Shown piece after piece: positions 1 to 12,641 of a stretch of 64,000 nucleotides of DNA. The stretch lies in contig JAPEUD010000060.1 in the NCBI GenBank assembly GCA_026026165.1, forward strand, positions 62,001 to 126,000, given 5' to 3'. Under the pieces are notes generated by a model. The model worked only from the letters and a program-made list of their open reading frames with translations, was not told the origin of the DNA and made no database searches. Source of the DNA: Sarea resinae (taxonomy: Eukaryota). Every line of letters starts with the position of its first letter. The first letter of the stretch is position 1. The translations under genes and the position numbers were made by a program.

Positions 1-1262
1 CTCCTAATACAATACTAATATTAAATACTAGATTACTTATTCTTAAAGGTTTTAACAGATATCTAATGCAATTATTAGAACAAATTATAAAACTAGGTCT
101 ACTAGACTTTATAATTGCCTTGCTAATATTTATTAAAACATTGTTTAGTAAATATAGTCAGCTAAATATTAACTAGCAGACATTAAACTTATATATAAGT
201 AGCTAGCTTATAGATAGAGTATCTTCTACAATATGTTTCTAAGAGGCAAATAATAACTATAAAGATATATTAGAGTTAACTATCTAATGTATAATATTAT
301 AGCAAAGTGTAGGTAGAAAAAACAATTAGGTTTAAGTAAAAGATAATATATACTATCTAGAGAGACATAGTATAGCTAATAGATAGGCGCTAGTTAGCAC
401 CTATCTATTAGCTTAATATTAATTTCTATTAAGTCTTACTATACTAGGGTTTGCTCTAATATTACTAGCTTTAATTACTTAGGTATAAGCTAAATAACTA
501 GAGAGTTAAGATATAATACATTGTCTACCTATTATTAAAAGGTTAGATAACATAGCTACTTATAGTAAAGGCTATCTAATAACTAATAAGGAGTGTATTA
601 TACATGTTAAAGATATAATAGAGCTAAGTTATATAATTAAGATACCTTCTAACAGCTTAGATTATAAAGAACATTTCTTAGTAAACAAATATATTAACTA
701 GGAAATATACTTTACTAAATAGATTTTAGAAGTTAATAGAAGTTCTAGTGTAGCTTATATAGCTTATATAGCTTATATAGTACAAAATCAACTGCCTAAT
801 ATTATATAGCTGTTAGTAGATACTATATAGTATAGATAGTATATATAAGTTCTATAGAGATATTATAACAAGTATCTACTATATATAACCTAATAACAAG
901 TATATAGAAGACAATGTATATCTATATAGAGATGTATTTACCTTTATATCTACTAGTAGACAAGTATATATACTATAATATCACTATACAACGCTATAGA
1001 TATACTGTAGCACTACTATTTATATAGAACTAGTACTATATACTATGTATCTACACTATATCTATATAGACCTCTTCTCTTTTTGCTGATATAAGAGGCT
1101 ATATAACTGCCTAGAGACTATAAAGACTATAGATCCTAGTCTTTTTAAGTGAAAAAGAGAAAGTTCAACTCTTTTTCAAGGGAATTTCAGTGGCTATAGG
1201 TGAAAAAGCCATAAAATTATAGGAGGATAGGCTTCTTTAGTAGGCTATTAAGGCTTATAACC

Positions 1263-1790
1263 TGTTAGAAGGTAGCACAAAAATAAGTAGAGGAAGGTGC
1301 TAAAGAAGTATAGTATAGAATAATTATATATTATAAACTTAGAGATTCTAGCTATAGAGGATATAGACTTAACTAACTTACTAGAAACTTCTAGTAATAA
1401 GTAATTATATAAGTGATTTGTAAGCAACAGGCTGACAATGACATATGCTTTATAAGAAAGTTAGGAGATAGTTGTGTAACCCTTATGTTATAGAGTTCTA
1501 TAGATATCTAAGAGATTCTATAGATATCTAGATAGTAGGTTCTAGAACTCTCTAGAATGTTCTAGATGCTTAGTCAGCATATAGTGATGCTTAGTCAGGA
1601 TACTACACTGCTTAGTCAGCATAGTTATAGAATCTTTAAGAACGTTCTATAAGATTCTATAGGGTTATACTATGTTCTATTAGCTTCTATAGGTGTGTAA
1701 AAGCTTCTAGAAGGATCTATACTGTTTTGTAACAGTCTGTAACAGTCTAGATACTTAAGAGTGACTAGAATTAAGGTTATAATTCTAACA
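1263..1790 (+). mobile_element. LTR-like unit bounded by TGTTAGAA...TTCTAACA (probable solo LTR)
   Basis: 8-bp terminal inverted repeat with TG...CA ends. Both ends recur in inverted orientation nearby (1791-1848 and 2228-2364). No target-site duplication visible. Confidence 0.6.
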
Positions 1791-1848
1791 TACACTATTA
1801 CTTCTTTAGCACCTTCCTCTACTTATATCTTTATACTACCTTCTAACA
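1791..1848 (-). repeat. Inverted copy of LTR 5' end (matches 1263-1317)
   Basis: Reverse complement reads TGTTAGAAGGTAG...AAGTAGAGGAAGGTGCTAAAGAAGTA, as at 1263. Confidence 0.85.
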
Positions 1849-2227
1849 AATGTCTTAAATCTCTTAGGTGATCTAAAGTCTATAAATCTCTATGTCAAAA
1901 TAATATTATAATTTCTATAGGCTATATAGCACTACCTATAGGGCGAGACTTTCTAACAAGTCATATAGCCTAGTTAGTGTAACGCCAACTATTGATTGCA
2001 TAATACTTCTAGGATTAATTCCTACTGTACTTAATCTACCTTTTTCACTTAACTTTCCTTTAGGTTCCTATAGGTGTTAGAGTTCCTACAGGTGTTTAAA
2101 ATTTAGGCGGTCTTGAACCTAGAGTAATACAGTACATCAGCAAAAATGTAAAATGTTTCATGCACCTCTAGTGTTACAACATGAGGTTCTCTAGTGACTT
2201 CATAATGTTCTTGTTTATTATGTATTC

Positions 2228-2364
2228 TGTTAGAATTATAACCTCAATTCTAGTCACTTATAAGTATCTAGACTGTTACAGACTGTTACAAAACAGTATA
2301 GATCCTTCTAGAAGCTTTTACACACCTATAGAAGCTAATAGAACATAGTATAACCCTATAGAAT
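2228..2364 (-). repeat. Inverted copy of LTR 3' end (matches 1654-1790)
   Basis: 137-bp reverse complement of 1654-1790 with only a few mismatches, including a G/A transition. Confidence 0.9.
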
Positions 2365-2399
2365 GTGCTCGTGTTATTGGATTTATAGAGCATCGGACA

Positions 2400-3369
2400 G
2401 GAATCGGCACCCCTTTACCACGTGGCTCTGAGAAGACAGGGCCGGGCACGTTACAGCAGGGTTCGTTGATACCGATGAAGATGTCTAATTCCTGATACGT
2501 CTGTGGTGCAGCCTTCGAACGAAGATTTTAGAGAGCGAAAGATGTAACTCGAGGGACGGGTCCTTGTTCAGCAGGCCCTCATTACCAGTCATTAGGAGAT
2601 GGCCGAAGCTTGCCTGATTGCCCATATGGGGAGAGTGACTCGTCCACCAAGCAACTGCAAGGGCGCGTCGTCGAGGCGGAGGAAACACTTATAGCTCTTG
2701 AGGCTGAGCTCGCTGCTCATCTAGCCATTAGCTCACCCGACCAACGGCGGCTTGGCACTGTCCAGTATCACTTTCGGGCTCCAAGCCAGTATGGTGAAGA
2801 GCACTTGGGCGACATTGGAGACTTTTCCAACAATCGCGCTGGGTTGACGCCTGACGTGCGGCAGGGGCTAGACGAGAAGTCTGTTGTCGTTGACGAAAGC
2901 AAGATCACGAGGGATTGGGGGGTGGTGCGTAGTTTGCGCCGCGGACAAGACTTAGTCAACCTTTATCCCATCACCGCGGTCGGTGCGATCGTGCCTGGGG
3001 CGCCCGTAAAAAAAATCGGCAGGACGACCGGACTCACCACCGGCACGATCCTTCGCCACCGGATCTTTGCCTGCATGAAGGGCAATTGGGTCCGAGATTC
3101 GACTGGAAAGAGACGGCGAATTATCACCCGCAAATTTGCCGTCGGCTCAGATCATCAAGGCCTACCAAGACAGGTGTTTTCCGACTGAGGAGATGGCGGG
3201 AGTTGGATAGTGTCGAACACGGCGCCAGGGCCGGCGAAGGTCTGGGGGTTGCTGATTGGCGTTCTGCCAATCAGATCCTCTGGTGGACCTGACAATCATC
3301 ACGCCGGTACAAGCGATCCTGGATGACATTGAGAAGCGGACGGGTCAGAAATTGGGATTGGCTGTCTGA
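2400..3369 (+). pseudogene. Trypsin-like serine protease pseudogene (Ssy5/peptidase S64- or Nal1-like)
   Basis: Motifs VVQPS, DWGVV, VKKIGRTTGLTTG, FSD*GDGGSWIV, VWGLLIG and C-terminal ITPVQAILDDIEKRTG. In-frame stops at 2545, 2593 and 3186, plus at least two frameshifts. The 5' boundary is approximate. Confidence 0.7.
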
Positions 3370-4227
3370 CACGTGTCAACAAAGGATAGAATAGAGGGAG
3401 TAGTATCTGAATCTCGGGATAGGCATATACTATGTGCGAGCCTTTAAGGATATCGTGTTAACGTCTTCCTTAATGTCTCCCTTGACGTCTCCCTAATTTC
3501 TGGTGATAAAAGTAGTCTGAGAATTGATCCAAGGCCCTTCCCAATTGTGATCCGTAATCAGCTGCATGTTCTGATCCAACGTCAAATTCAACACTCACCG
3601 AGCGTTCCAAATAGCTCTGATCCTGGATACCGCTGTCCCAAGTGAACCCTATTCTGATCGCTAGTAGGAGCAATGCTTGCCCAACGACATGATCGTAGCA
3701 AAAAAAGTGATGCTCTGTGTACAGTAATCCACGTTAGCCACATTACAACAGCACAAAATCTACAGGAATTTAAATGGGTGCTACAGGAGCACCAGATGGC
3801 AAATTGGCATGGTACGTATTTCGGAGCTGGTTTCTGCCAGTAGTGCAACTTCGCAAATGTAAGCCCTGGAGAGCTTGATGATAATTCTAGCCCAGCACGA
3901 TGGCTGTAACGACCGAAAAATCGACGCTGAACCACTCGAGCGAAGAGCTTCTAACGGAATAAAAGGTAGAATAAAACTCTAAGCGAAAGCTGCCTCTCTG
4001 ATTTCTCTAGCCAAGCAGGCATCATCCCTTTTTGGGAGATACTATGAATCAAGCAAGCCCGCTGAAACTAAAGGTAAGGTACGCAATCGCGCGCCGTACA
4101 TTCTGTCGCACGTACAGTACGTACCTAGTAGTTACCTGTTCTTCCGTCATTCAAGCTATCACAATTGCGGCTTATCAACACATTTCCATACCTTGCTCCC
4201 TTCTTTCTGACTGAATCACTGTACAAG

Positions 4228-4992
4228 ATGTCGGGCCTTGAGATGGCTCTGTTTAACCTCAAGGTAAAGAAAGGTCTTAGTTGACCCCGTACCCGTGACC
4301 GTGCTGATGGTCATAGTTTACTGCAAAGCAACTGAATCGGCAGGCCGCAAAGGCAGGTAAAGACGAGACGGCGGAGAAGAACAAACTCAAAAAGGTAGGC
4401 TTATTGGTCTACTAGTTGCGCATTAGCTGCTGGAAGAGGAATTTACACATCCCGTCAGGCAATACAGCAGAACCATGGGGATATCGCAAAGATATATGCG
4501 CAGAACGCCATACGCAAACAGAATGAACGCCTGAATCTGCTCAGATTAGCCTCTCGGATCGATGCCGTCAGCAGTAGAGTCCAGACCGCCGTTACCATGC
4601 GACAGGTAACCGCCAGCATGGCTAATGTCGTCAAGGGGATGGACAAGGCTATGGCAGCTATGGATCTGGAAAAGGTGATTACTGGGCGGCTTTCCGAATC
4701 ATGCGTCTTGCTTACGCTACATGTGCAGATCAGTGCCGTTATGGATAAATTTGAGACCCAATTCGAAGACCTGGACGTTGCTACCGGATATTATGAGAAT
4801 GCCACGTCGTCAGCCACGGCCGTTGGGACGCCACAGGAGGACGTCGATCGTCTGATGAACCAAGTGGCCGACGAAGCTGGCGTAGAGCTGCACCAGGAGA
4901 TGGCCGCGGCGACGCCTGCTGCCACGAAGGTTGGGCCTACAGAGCAAGAAGAAGAGGGCCTGGGGGAAAGACTCAGGGCACTCCGCAGCTGA
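4228..4992 (+). CDS. DID2: ESCRT-III associated protein Did2/Vps46 (CHMP1), 4 exons
   Basis: Spliced [22 protein letters not shown]...|[20 protein letters not shown]...[16 protein letters not shown], with C-terminal MIM1-like '[10 protein letters not shown]'. Confidence 0.93.
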
Positions 4993-5295
4993 TTTTCTTC
5001 GACTTGTGCGTGCTTGACATGGGACGGTGGCCAGTTCGGAGTTTGGGGTAACCTAAGACGTTATATCATATTCTTTATCTTACGAGAGACCCCACCCTTA
5101 TCGAGATCTACATCCCTGTGGACGGTCTCCAATCCGTGTCAATCCACCCGCGCATTGCGATGGTAGTTTATGATTACGAAGACAATGGAATGACAGTAGC
5201 GTATAGTGTAGGATAGCTTTTATATGAATCATGAAGGACAAAACCTTGATGAAGCTAGGCAAAATGATACACGAAACGACAATGACGAGATATGC

Positions 5296-6785
5296 TTATG
5301 TCTTCAATGTCTTCGCATCTCCCGCCTTGAGCTTGCCAGCTTTGACCAACCTGGTCACTTCTGCGGAGTAAACAGCTTTCACGCTGGAAGCATCTTTCGT
5401 GTTCGAAAGCTTGCCAGCTAAAGCAGCTAACTCTTCATTATCGAGCTTTGCAATGACCAGCTCAACGTCGGTCAAAACGCTGTCAATTTGAGACGCAGGG
5501 GCATCTCCCGCAGAAAAGTAATTTGCCTCCTTTACGCTGCCCTTCAAGACTCTCTTATTCTTCTTGGCGGCATTTTTTGCAGCCTCCTTGGACTTCTTTC
5601 CTTCTGCCTTTTCAAGTTTTTCTGCAGCTTCTTTTTCCGCCTTCAGTCGAGCTTCTTCTTCCTTGGCCTTGGCAGCCTCTTCAGCGGCGCGCTTAGCTTC
5701 CGCTTCCTTCTCCAAGCGACGTTTATCCTTATGAGCTCGCTCCTCTTTGCGAAATTTCTTAATACGTTCATCAAGTGCTAGAGCGTCATCGACAAGATGT
5801 CTTAGACGTGCGGTATCCTCGGTCTTCTTCTTCTTCCGCGCAGCGTTATTCTTACGCTCGACATATCTCTTCTGGTCCCTGTTCTCGTTGTCGTCCGGAA
5901 CGTCCTCGTCCTGGTACTCAAAGCTCCTCCAGCTGTCAAAATTGTACCAGAAGTTATAGAAATGCTCAACGTCCTGTTTAGAGCTGTTCTCGTCTCCAAG
6001 CCCGGGAACAGGTTGGACCTTGGAAAACCTCGCCTCAGACTCGAACACTGGCCTCCAAAGCTTGAAAAAATTGCCTTTCTGAGTCTGCTTCTTGGAAGGG
6101 GGTTCTACATCGGCATTCTCATCAACAGAATCGAATTGCCGGCGTTTGACTGGGTCGAGAAGGACTTCGGTAGCCTTTTGAATGCACTTGAAGAATGAAT
6201 CATCCTCGGTGCTGCCAGCGGCCGCTTTCTTGTCGGGGTGATGACGAAGGACCTTCTTACGATGAGCACGCTTAATTTGGTCCTCTGTTGCTCTGTGCCG
6301 ATATTTCGATAGTCCAAGGACGGCATAATGATCTTGTCCCTATTTGCAGAATTAATAATCAGTAATCAAGTCACACTTAGTCGGTAGAATAGCATGGAGT
6401 GTCGTTAAAGAGAGCAATTATTGGGACTCACCTTCCAGTCCTTGGCATCGCGCTGAAGCATCAATGGGTCCTCCGGCTCGCTGATTTCTCCTGCATCCTC
6501 ATCCTCAACCTTCTTGACGTTCTCTTGCGCCTGGATGCGGTCATCTTCGGAAAATGTGCGATGATGACGCTTCTATTATGATAACAGCTCTTGTTAGGTG
6601 TCATCTATCAAACGGTGTAGGATTGGCAGGCTTACTCTACGGGCATGAGCTAGGAAATGCGGACCAACAGGCTCGATGTTGCGCTGTGTGGCCGGGGAAA
6701 GCGACCCAACTGCCTTGAAATCTTTGTCACCACTCCAGCCTTCAGGCAGCGAAGGGAGAGGCAGAGACACTTGAGCGGCGGCCAT
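5296..6785 (-). CDS. ZUO1: Zuotin, ribosome-associated J-domain co-chaperone
   Basis: N-terminal EPVGPHFLAHARR, J-domain with HHPDK, FYNFWYNFDSWRSFEY and RAC-head C-terminus; 2 introns. Confidence 0.95.
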
Positions 6786-7447
6786 ATTTGTATCGATCGT
6801 CCTTGATGACGGGTCCACGAATCTGGATTGAGGTTTAGAATCGTCGAGGACAAAGTTGATATTCGCGAACTTTTTTCTTCCTGCCCTTACACGCTACCTT
6901 CGCTACGAAAGACGTACTCTGAAGTACTTGCCTCTAGGTTTCCCCTAGGTAAGATACCTTACCTTGCTTACCTTACCATACTGACGGGCAGAGAGACCTT
7001 ACCATGTTTGAAGCGTGGTTCGACCGAGGACCATCTGCACCACTATCCGTAGAAGATAGGTACTTTAATTTGTTTCCAACTGTATGTCGAGTATTGATGC
7101 CTTATTCACAGGAGGTTCCGTCCCGATCTGGTCTGAGGGCGCCGGAACGCTAAGCCCGATTTTCCAGTACCTAGGTACATCCATGGATCGTACGGCGTAC
7201 GTACGGGGTACGGAGTACTTACATTGGAAGCTGAGTCGGATCCGTGGAAGAACGAAGTAACGTACTTGGATTACGAAGTAGGTACGAAAGCGGACCAATC
7301 GAGGTGCTATATTTCATTTTCCGGGAGATGGTCATCAGGATAAACACATTCTATCCTCATCGTTGCCGGGCAAGTCTTGCCAACCTTAATCCTCTGCATA
7401 TCTACGAATCAATTGTCATCTGGATCTAGTTCAAAGGATTCATAGGT

Positions 7448-7949
7448 ATGGCCCTCGTCGCCTACCGCCACCTTCTTCGTTCGGCGCGAGTCGCCTTTCA
7501 AGGTAATTCAATGCCTCTCTCGTTGCGCGGGATCCTGGTTTACTTTCAACTCTCTGAGACCGCATTTTTTGACTACCTCGTCATTGTTGACCATAACCCG
7601 TGAGGTAGGTGATGCTCGTCTCCTTACCGCCGCCCGTGCCGAGGCCAGAAAAAATTTCGAGAGCAATCGACAACTCTCGGTCGATAGTGAGGAAGCTTCC
7701 GCAGGTATAACCCATGCGAACGAAGTCGCCAACATTCTACGACATAACATTGTCCAAGGGAAGCAGCTTGATACAGAGGGAGAGAAATATCGTAAGTCCA
7801 TTTGATCCCTCACATCAGGGCTAATCTAAGATTGACTTGGGGTAGAACTACGGATACATGAAGACACTGAAAGGGGCGACAATGAGAGCATTAAAATAGC
7901 TGGACCAGGGAGCCTGAGCTCTGGAAGCTGTTGTTCGTCACGAAGATGA
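7448..7949 (+). CDS. MZM1: Mitochondrial LYR-family Rieske chaperone Mzm1 (LYRM7), 3 exons
   Basis: MALVAYRHLLRSARVAFQ|GDARLL...EVANILRHNIVQG...|LRIHEDTERGDNESIK...CCSS. Confidence 0.9.
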
Positions 7950-8040
7950 TGAAAATAATGAGTCTGTCATCATGTACAACATAATTTCGAACGCCATTCC
8001 CTCTGCGCCATCCTTAATCTGCTGAGACCCCAATATCCAT

Positions 8041-9213
8041 TCAATTGCCAGCCAGACTATCATACTTTACGTCGTCTAAACCTGGAGGAGGTGCGACAGC
8101 ACCAAGTGTATCAAGCTGGTTGGCTTGCTGAGCCATGCTAGTCGGGATGTGCCCTTGAGAAGCGCCAGAAGTAGAGGTGGCACCAATCGCAGCAGCGGCG
8201 GCGACGGTAAATGTAGCTCTACCTTCCCTCCCAGATTCAATCCTTTCTTGCCTTTCCATGTTGTCAAGAGGTCTAGGTCTCCCCCATTGAACTCTCAGTG
8301 GACACCCTGCAATTACCGCCTTTCCTTGACAACTCTCCGCAGCTGCCTCAGCTCCTTGTCGAGTGGCGAAGTTGACGAATGCGCAGTGCGCACGGTGGGA
8401 ACAGACCAGCGACCTGAGCTGACCGAAAGGCGTGAAGAAAGTCCTGAGAGCATGTTCCGGAAGGTCGTCTTCGACGCCAGTAATGAAAAGTGAGGTAATA
8501 TTTGGATCAGCTGGAGGGAGAATATCTTGAGGGCCCGGGGGAAGCTGTGCAGCACTGGGAAAAGGACGGCCCCCTCGCGAACTACGACCTCCGCGGGGCC
8601 CACCCCTCGTTGGGGCTCCTCGAGGCCCTCTACTGTCTCGCGTTCGGATTGGACCTGGTGCGACCCTCTTTGGACCCTCTTCCCCGCCTGCAGATGCTCG
8701 AGGTGCATTTCCATCTCCGTCTGTCGGATCTGACCTCCTCTGCTTCTTGTAGTATGGCTCACTGTTGGCTAGCCTCCGCAGGAGTTCCCTAGCCTTCTCA
8801 TCGGTTTTCTCGTACTCTTCAACAGCACCTCTCCCTTCCTCAATTTCCTTCTCGTGCTCTTGTGCGTAGTATTCCCGGTTGATGCTACTCTGTGGACCGG
8901 GCGCCACCATCTTCAAAGCTGCATCCCGCACGACGATGGGCAGGCCGAAAGACAAATCCAGCATGCAGCACTGGCAGCAATTTTTCAAGCGCGCACAGGT
9001 AAGGCATATATTGGTACGTTTTGGGCGAGCGGTACGGTCGGCTTTCCATTGGAAAACCGTAAATGGGCGGGTGCAGATCTTGCATTCGCTCCCATGATCC
9101 TCTTTCAGCATCTGAACATACGGATTATCTGGAAGGCAGTTCTCGCAAACGCAAGGGAAGTCGGTCGTCTCGGCACCAGACCGGTTGAGGTCCTGCTTGA
9201 TCTGAGGAGGCAT
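8041..9213 (-). CDS. SLT11: Pre-mRNA splicing factor Slt11/Ecm2 (RBM22), intronless
   Basis: FPCVCENCLPDNPYVQM...CKICTRPF...CARLKNCCQCCMLDLSFGLP and C-terminal RRM (CAFVNF). Confidence 0.93.
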   Translation of the reverse strand: MPPQIKQDLNRSGAETTDFPCVCENCLPDNPYVQMLKEDHGSECKICTRPFTVFQWKADRTARPKRTNICLTCARLKNCCQCCMLDLSFGLPIVVRDAALKMVAPGPQSSINREYYAQEHEKEIEEGRGAVEEYEKTDEKARELLRRLANSEPYYKKQRRSDPTDGDGNAPRASAGGEEGPKRVAPGPIRTRDSRGPRGAPTRGGPRGGRSSRGGRPFPSAAQLPPGPQDILPPADPNITSLFITGVEDDLPEHALRTFFTPFGQLRSLVCSHRAHCAFVNFATRQGAEAAAESCQGKAVIAGCPLRVQWGRPRPLDNMERQERIESGREGRATFTVAAAAAIGATSTSGASQGHIPTSMAQQANQLDTLGAVAPPPGLDDVKYDSLAGN

Positions 9214-10255
9214 CAGGAATCCAATATGATGGAAGGGGTTAAGAAAGCGTAATGTTGAAGTGTGTATTCGTAGGATCCGTAGAGGGCGTATGGATCCGTA
9301 TAAAGGTTGCAGTGGCAGATATTACTATCGACCACTTTCCCATGGCCATGAGGTACCTTAGATATACCAAGGTACCTACCTCCTAGTACCTGTGCAATCG
9401 ATCCCAATTGAGTGTGGGCGTACGAAGTACTGCGTACTCCACCACTACTTCACAGAGTGTAAGAAGTCTCTTTGCATCCAGCAGCTGGAGGAAGAAAATG
9501 TACTCCGGTTCCTTTTGCGGTAGTTGAATGTACGGTACGCTGTAGAGCACCAGTACAACCTCCAGCTGGTAGCCGAGTGGATCCATCCTTTTCGATCTGA
9601 AAATGTTTGACACTACTCCCTGCATACGGTAGGTAAGGTACCTACCTAGGTTGGTAGAGTTGATTAGCCTGATGTCCTCAGATACCTAGTCCACGATGTA
9701 ATAAGGCCACCTACTCCGGAATAGAGTACTCCTGCGTCTGTATTTACGATAGGCTTTTCGATTTTTCATATCTCCAAATCGGGATTTCGTTCAAAATTTT
9801 TAAGAGTGCTGCCAACCTGAAGGACTTCAGGTAGATTGAACAAGACTCATTCCCTTTCATCTATAGCAACTTTTCTCCGTACAAGATTCATCATAGATAT
9901 TAGCTCTCAGGGCAAGCTGATATCCCTGACATACCTACATGAACCCAGTAGCATATCGCCGTCTCCTAACCTGATCGGGAACTGTACCTGACTTTGCTTT
10001 CCTTTTGGGCACGGACATTATTATTCGCGGCCCTTCACCGTTACTTTGAGCTATCCATCTCGTTCGTTCCCAACGGATTCCGCCTACGCTTGCGGCCTAC
10101 TATTCAATCATTGCCAGAACACCCCAATTGCCCTTTCTTGATCTCGACCTCTATTCATCATCTTGTATTGCTGTATATCAAACCCTGCAGCAGCCTCCGC
10201 CAATACTCCCCGCTCCGTTCAAGACCGCTGTCCACTTTCCGGAAACCTTCTCAGA

Positions 10256-11587
10256 ATGGCTCCAGCCCCTACAGGACTCGAGAGCGAGGACCATATCCGT
10301 GATGCTGCTTTCAACAAAGCCATGCACGGAAAATCGGCGGAAGAACGGAACGCCTTTATGGCTATGCTGAAGAAGGATCCAAAAGCACAGAAGGCTGCTG
10401 TTGACGAGTATTTCAAGCACTGGGACAACAAGTCTGCCGCCGATGAGACTGAGGCAGATAGAGAGGTTCCTACCCCAGGTTCCGGTTCAAAAGGATACCA
10501 ATATTGACTATCGACAGGCCCGAAGAGCCGAATATGCTACTCTGACCAGACAGTGAGGAGCATATCTATTTTGAGACTCGTTGCATATGACACTAATGAT
10601 GCGGTCTCCATCCTAGTTATTACAATCTGGCTACCGATCTTTACGAGAATGGATGGTCTCAATCCTTCCACTTTTGCCGTTTCGGCCCTCGCGAACCATT
10701 TTTACAAGCGCTTGCACGCCATGAACACTATTTGGCACATGTAATGGGCATGCGCGAGGGCATGAAGGTGCTGGATGTTGGCTGCGGCGTTGGTGGACCG
10801 GCTCGAGAGATCGCAAAGTTCACGGGAGCCAATATCGTGGGTTTGAACAACAACGACTACCAAATTGAGAGGGCGACAGCGTACGCGGCAAAAGATGGTC
10901 TATCCAATCAAGTCTCATTCACGAAGGGTGATTTCATGGTAGAGTCCTCTCGAGCGCATTTTTGGCTCGCTCATATCGTCAGAAGCTCAATACTTACACA
11001 TTCTACTTCAGCAAATGTCATTCCCCGACGAATCTTTTGACGCTGTGTATGCGATCGAGGCCACTGTGCACGCTCCCTCTCTTGAAGGTGTCTACTCTCA
11101 GATCTATCGGGTTCTGAAGCCCGGCGGCGTATTTGGAGTTTACGAGTGGCTTATGACCGACAAGTACGACAACAGCAATCCCAAGCATCGCGAAATCCGA
11201 CTCGGCATTGAGCAAGGTAACGGTATTTCAAACATGGTCAAGATCTCGGAGGGGGTAGCAGCCATGAAGGCTGCTGGCTTTGAGCTTGAGATCGATGAAG
11301 ACTTGGCAGAGAGACCAGATGCGTCTCCGTGGTATTACCCAATTGCTGGTGACTTCAAATACATGGGAAGCATTTGGGATCTCTTCACCGTCCTGAGAAT
11401 GACGAAAATTGGTAGATCTACCGTTCATAAGCTCGTGGGCGGATTAGAGACTGTGGGCATAGCTCCCAGAGGGACTCAGAAGACTGCGGACAATTTAGCA
11501 TGGGCCGCGGACTGTCTGGTGGCCGGAGCGAAGGATGGGCTCTTCACTCCGATGTATCTGATGGTTGGAAGGAAGCCAAAGGCGTGA
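10256..11587 (+). CDS. ERG6: Sterol 24-C-methyltransferase, 4 exons
   Basis: [20 protein letters not shown] motif [44 protein letters not shown]. Confidence 0.96.
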
Positions 11588-12641
11588 CTTTGACGCGGAT
11601 GTGCTTGAAGACCACGAAGGGTGACTCTGCCCGGAGGAGGGGGCGGGGGCTGGTAGTTTTGACCACGATCAATTCCCGCTAAATCTACGGAGTAGGCGTG
11701 GACCATCACATGTGGATATCTATGGCGTCCCAGAAATGGGCGTCGCAGACCTGTGTCTTCCCAGCAAAAGGGCTGACAGCGACTACGCTTATCTGCGTTT
11801 ATTCTCCTCATAGATCGATTTCCGAACTTTGTGTTAATATAGACATCCTTCCCACTCACGATGAAAGGGGATTCATACATTACCTATGATACATATATCA
11901 TCCAGATAAGCGGGAGGAGTCTATGTAGACGGACGCCCTCTGATGTGCCATAACCACGTGTACGCAGCAGTACTCCGTAATTGATTGCGATATCATTAAT
12001 GGCAGTTGGAGTCCCCGGATGAATGCCCCAGGTCTTACGATATCAGTGGGGAGTCAGCAGAAGTGGGGAGATGGCTGGGTGTTTGATAATTGCGGAATGA
12101 ATGGAGCCCGAGGCCGCCGAAAGCCGCCCACTGTGGGAGTCGGGAGGAAGATCACGGAATATTTGCAGCCACGAGGACTCCGGGAACCTCAAGCTGCGAA
12201 CGGGGTGAAGGTCCCTTGAGGTTAGTCTGTAAGGTGACATTCTGGAAGACGGAAAAACACGAAGTACCAGGTACTTGAAAGACTGACATTGAATCTGCAA
12301 TGATCGTGGGAACGGGCCGGAGGTTGAGAGGTAGGCAGTACTTTTACCTTCGAGGGTCCAGATGCCAAGGGCTCGGGTCCAGGTTTAGGAGCTCCTCTCT
12401 ATCCCCACTCCTCTGCTCTACTGCGGTACGTATGCTACCGAGTCCGGAGTACAGGTGTCGAGCTGAACCTAAGATGATCCACGCATCCCTACCGAATTCT
12501 CCACGCTCAACAGTTGACCTTCCCCGGAGGAGCCGCTTCATATCTCTATCATCATCATCTGAGGGTTCTCCGTCAAATTGCACTGAGGCCGCAGCATTGT
12601 GATCCCCCTCATCATCTCCGTCAGAACTCAATTCGGCAACA

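Larger units (their letters stand above)
1..2364. mobile_element. RIP-degraded AT-rich transposon relic (nested LTR-retroelement fragments)
   Basis: Very AT-rich with strong TpA excess and CpA/TpG depletion, no ORF in the six-frame track, internal repeats, and an abrupt switch to normal GC at ~2365. The minus strand near 140-260 has a faint 'LAD(I)FTK'-like remnant resembling Ty1/copia RNase H (weak). Confidence 0.85.

Noticed and set aside
3470..3935. Two short minus-strand ORFs between the protease relic and DID2
   Set aside because: Could be a decayed gene, but no recognisable family or consistent splice model.
9640..10250. Sterol regulatory elements upstream of ERG6
   Set aside because: Only partial matches (TCGTAA, TCGTTC, ATCATAGAT), expected by chance.
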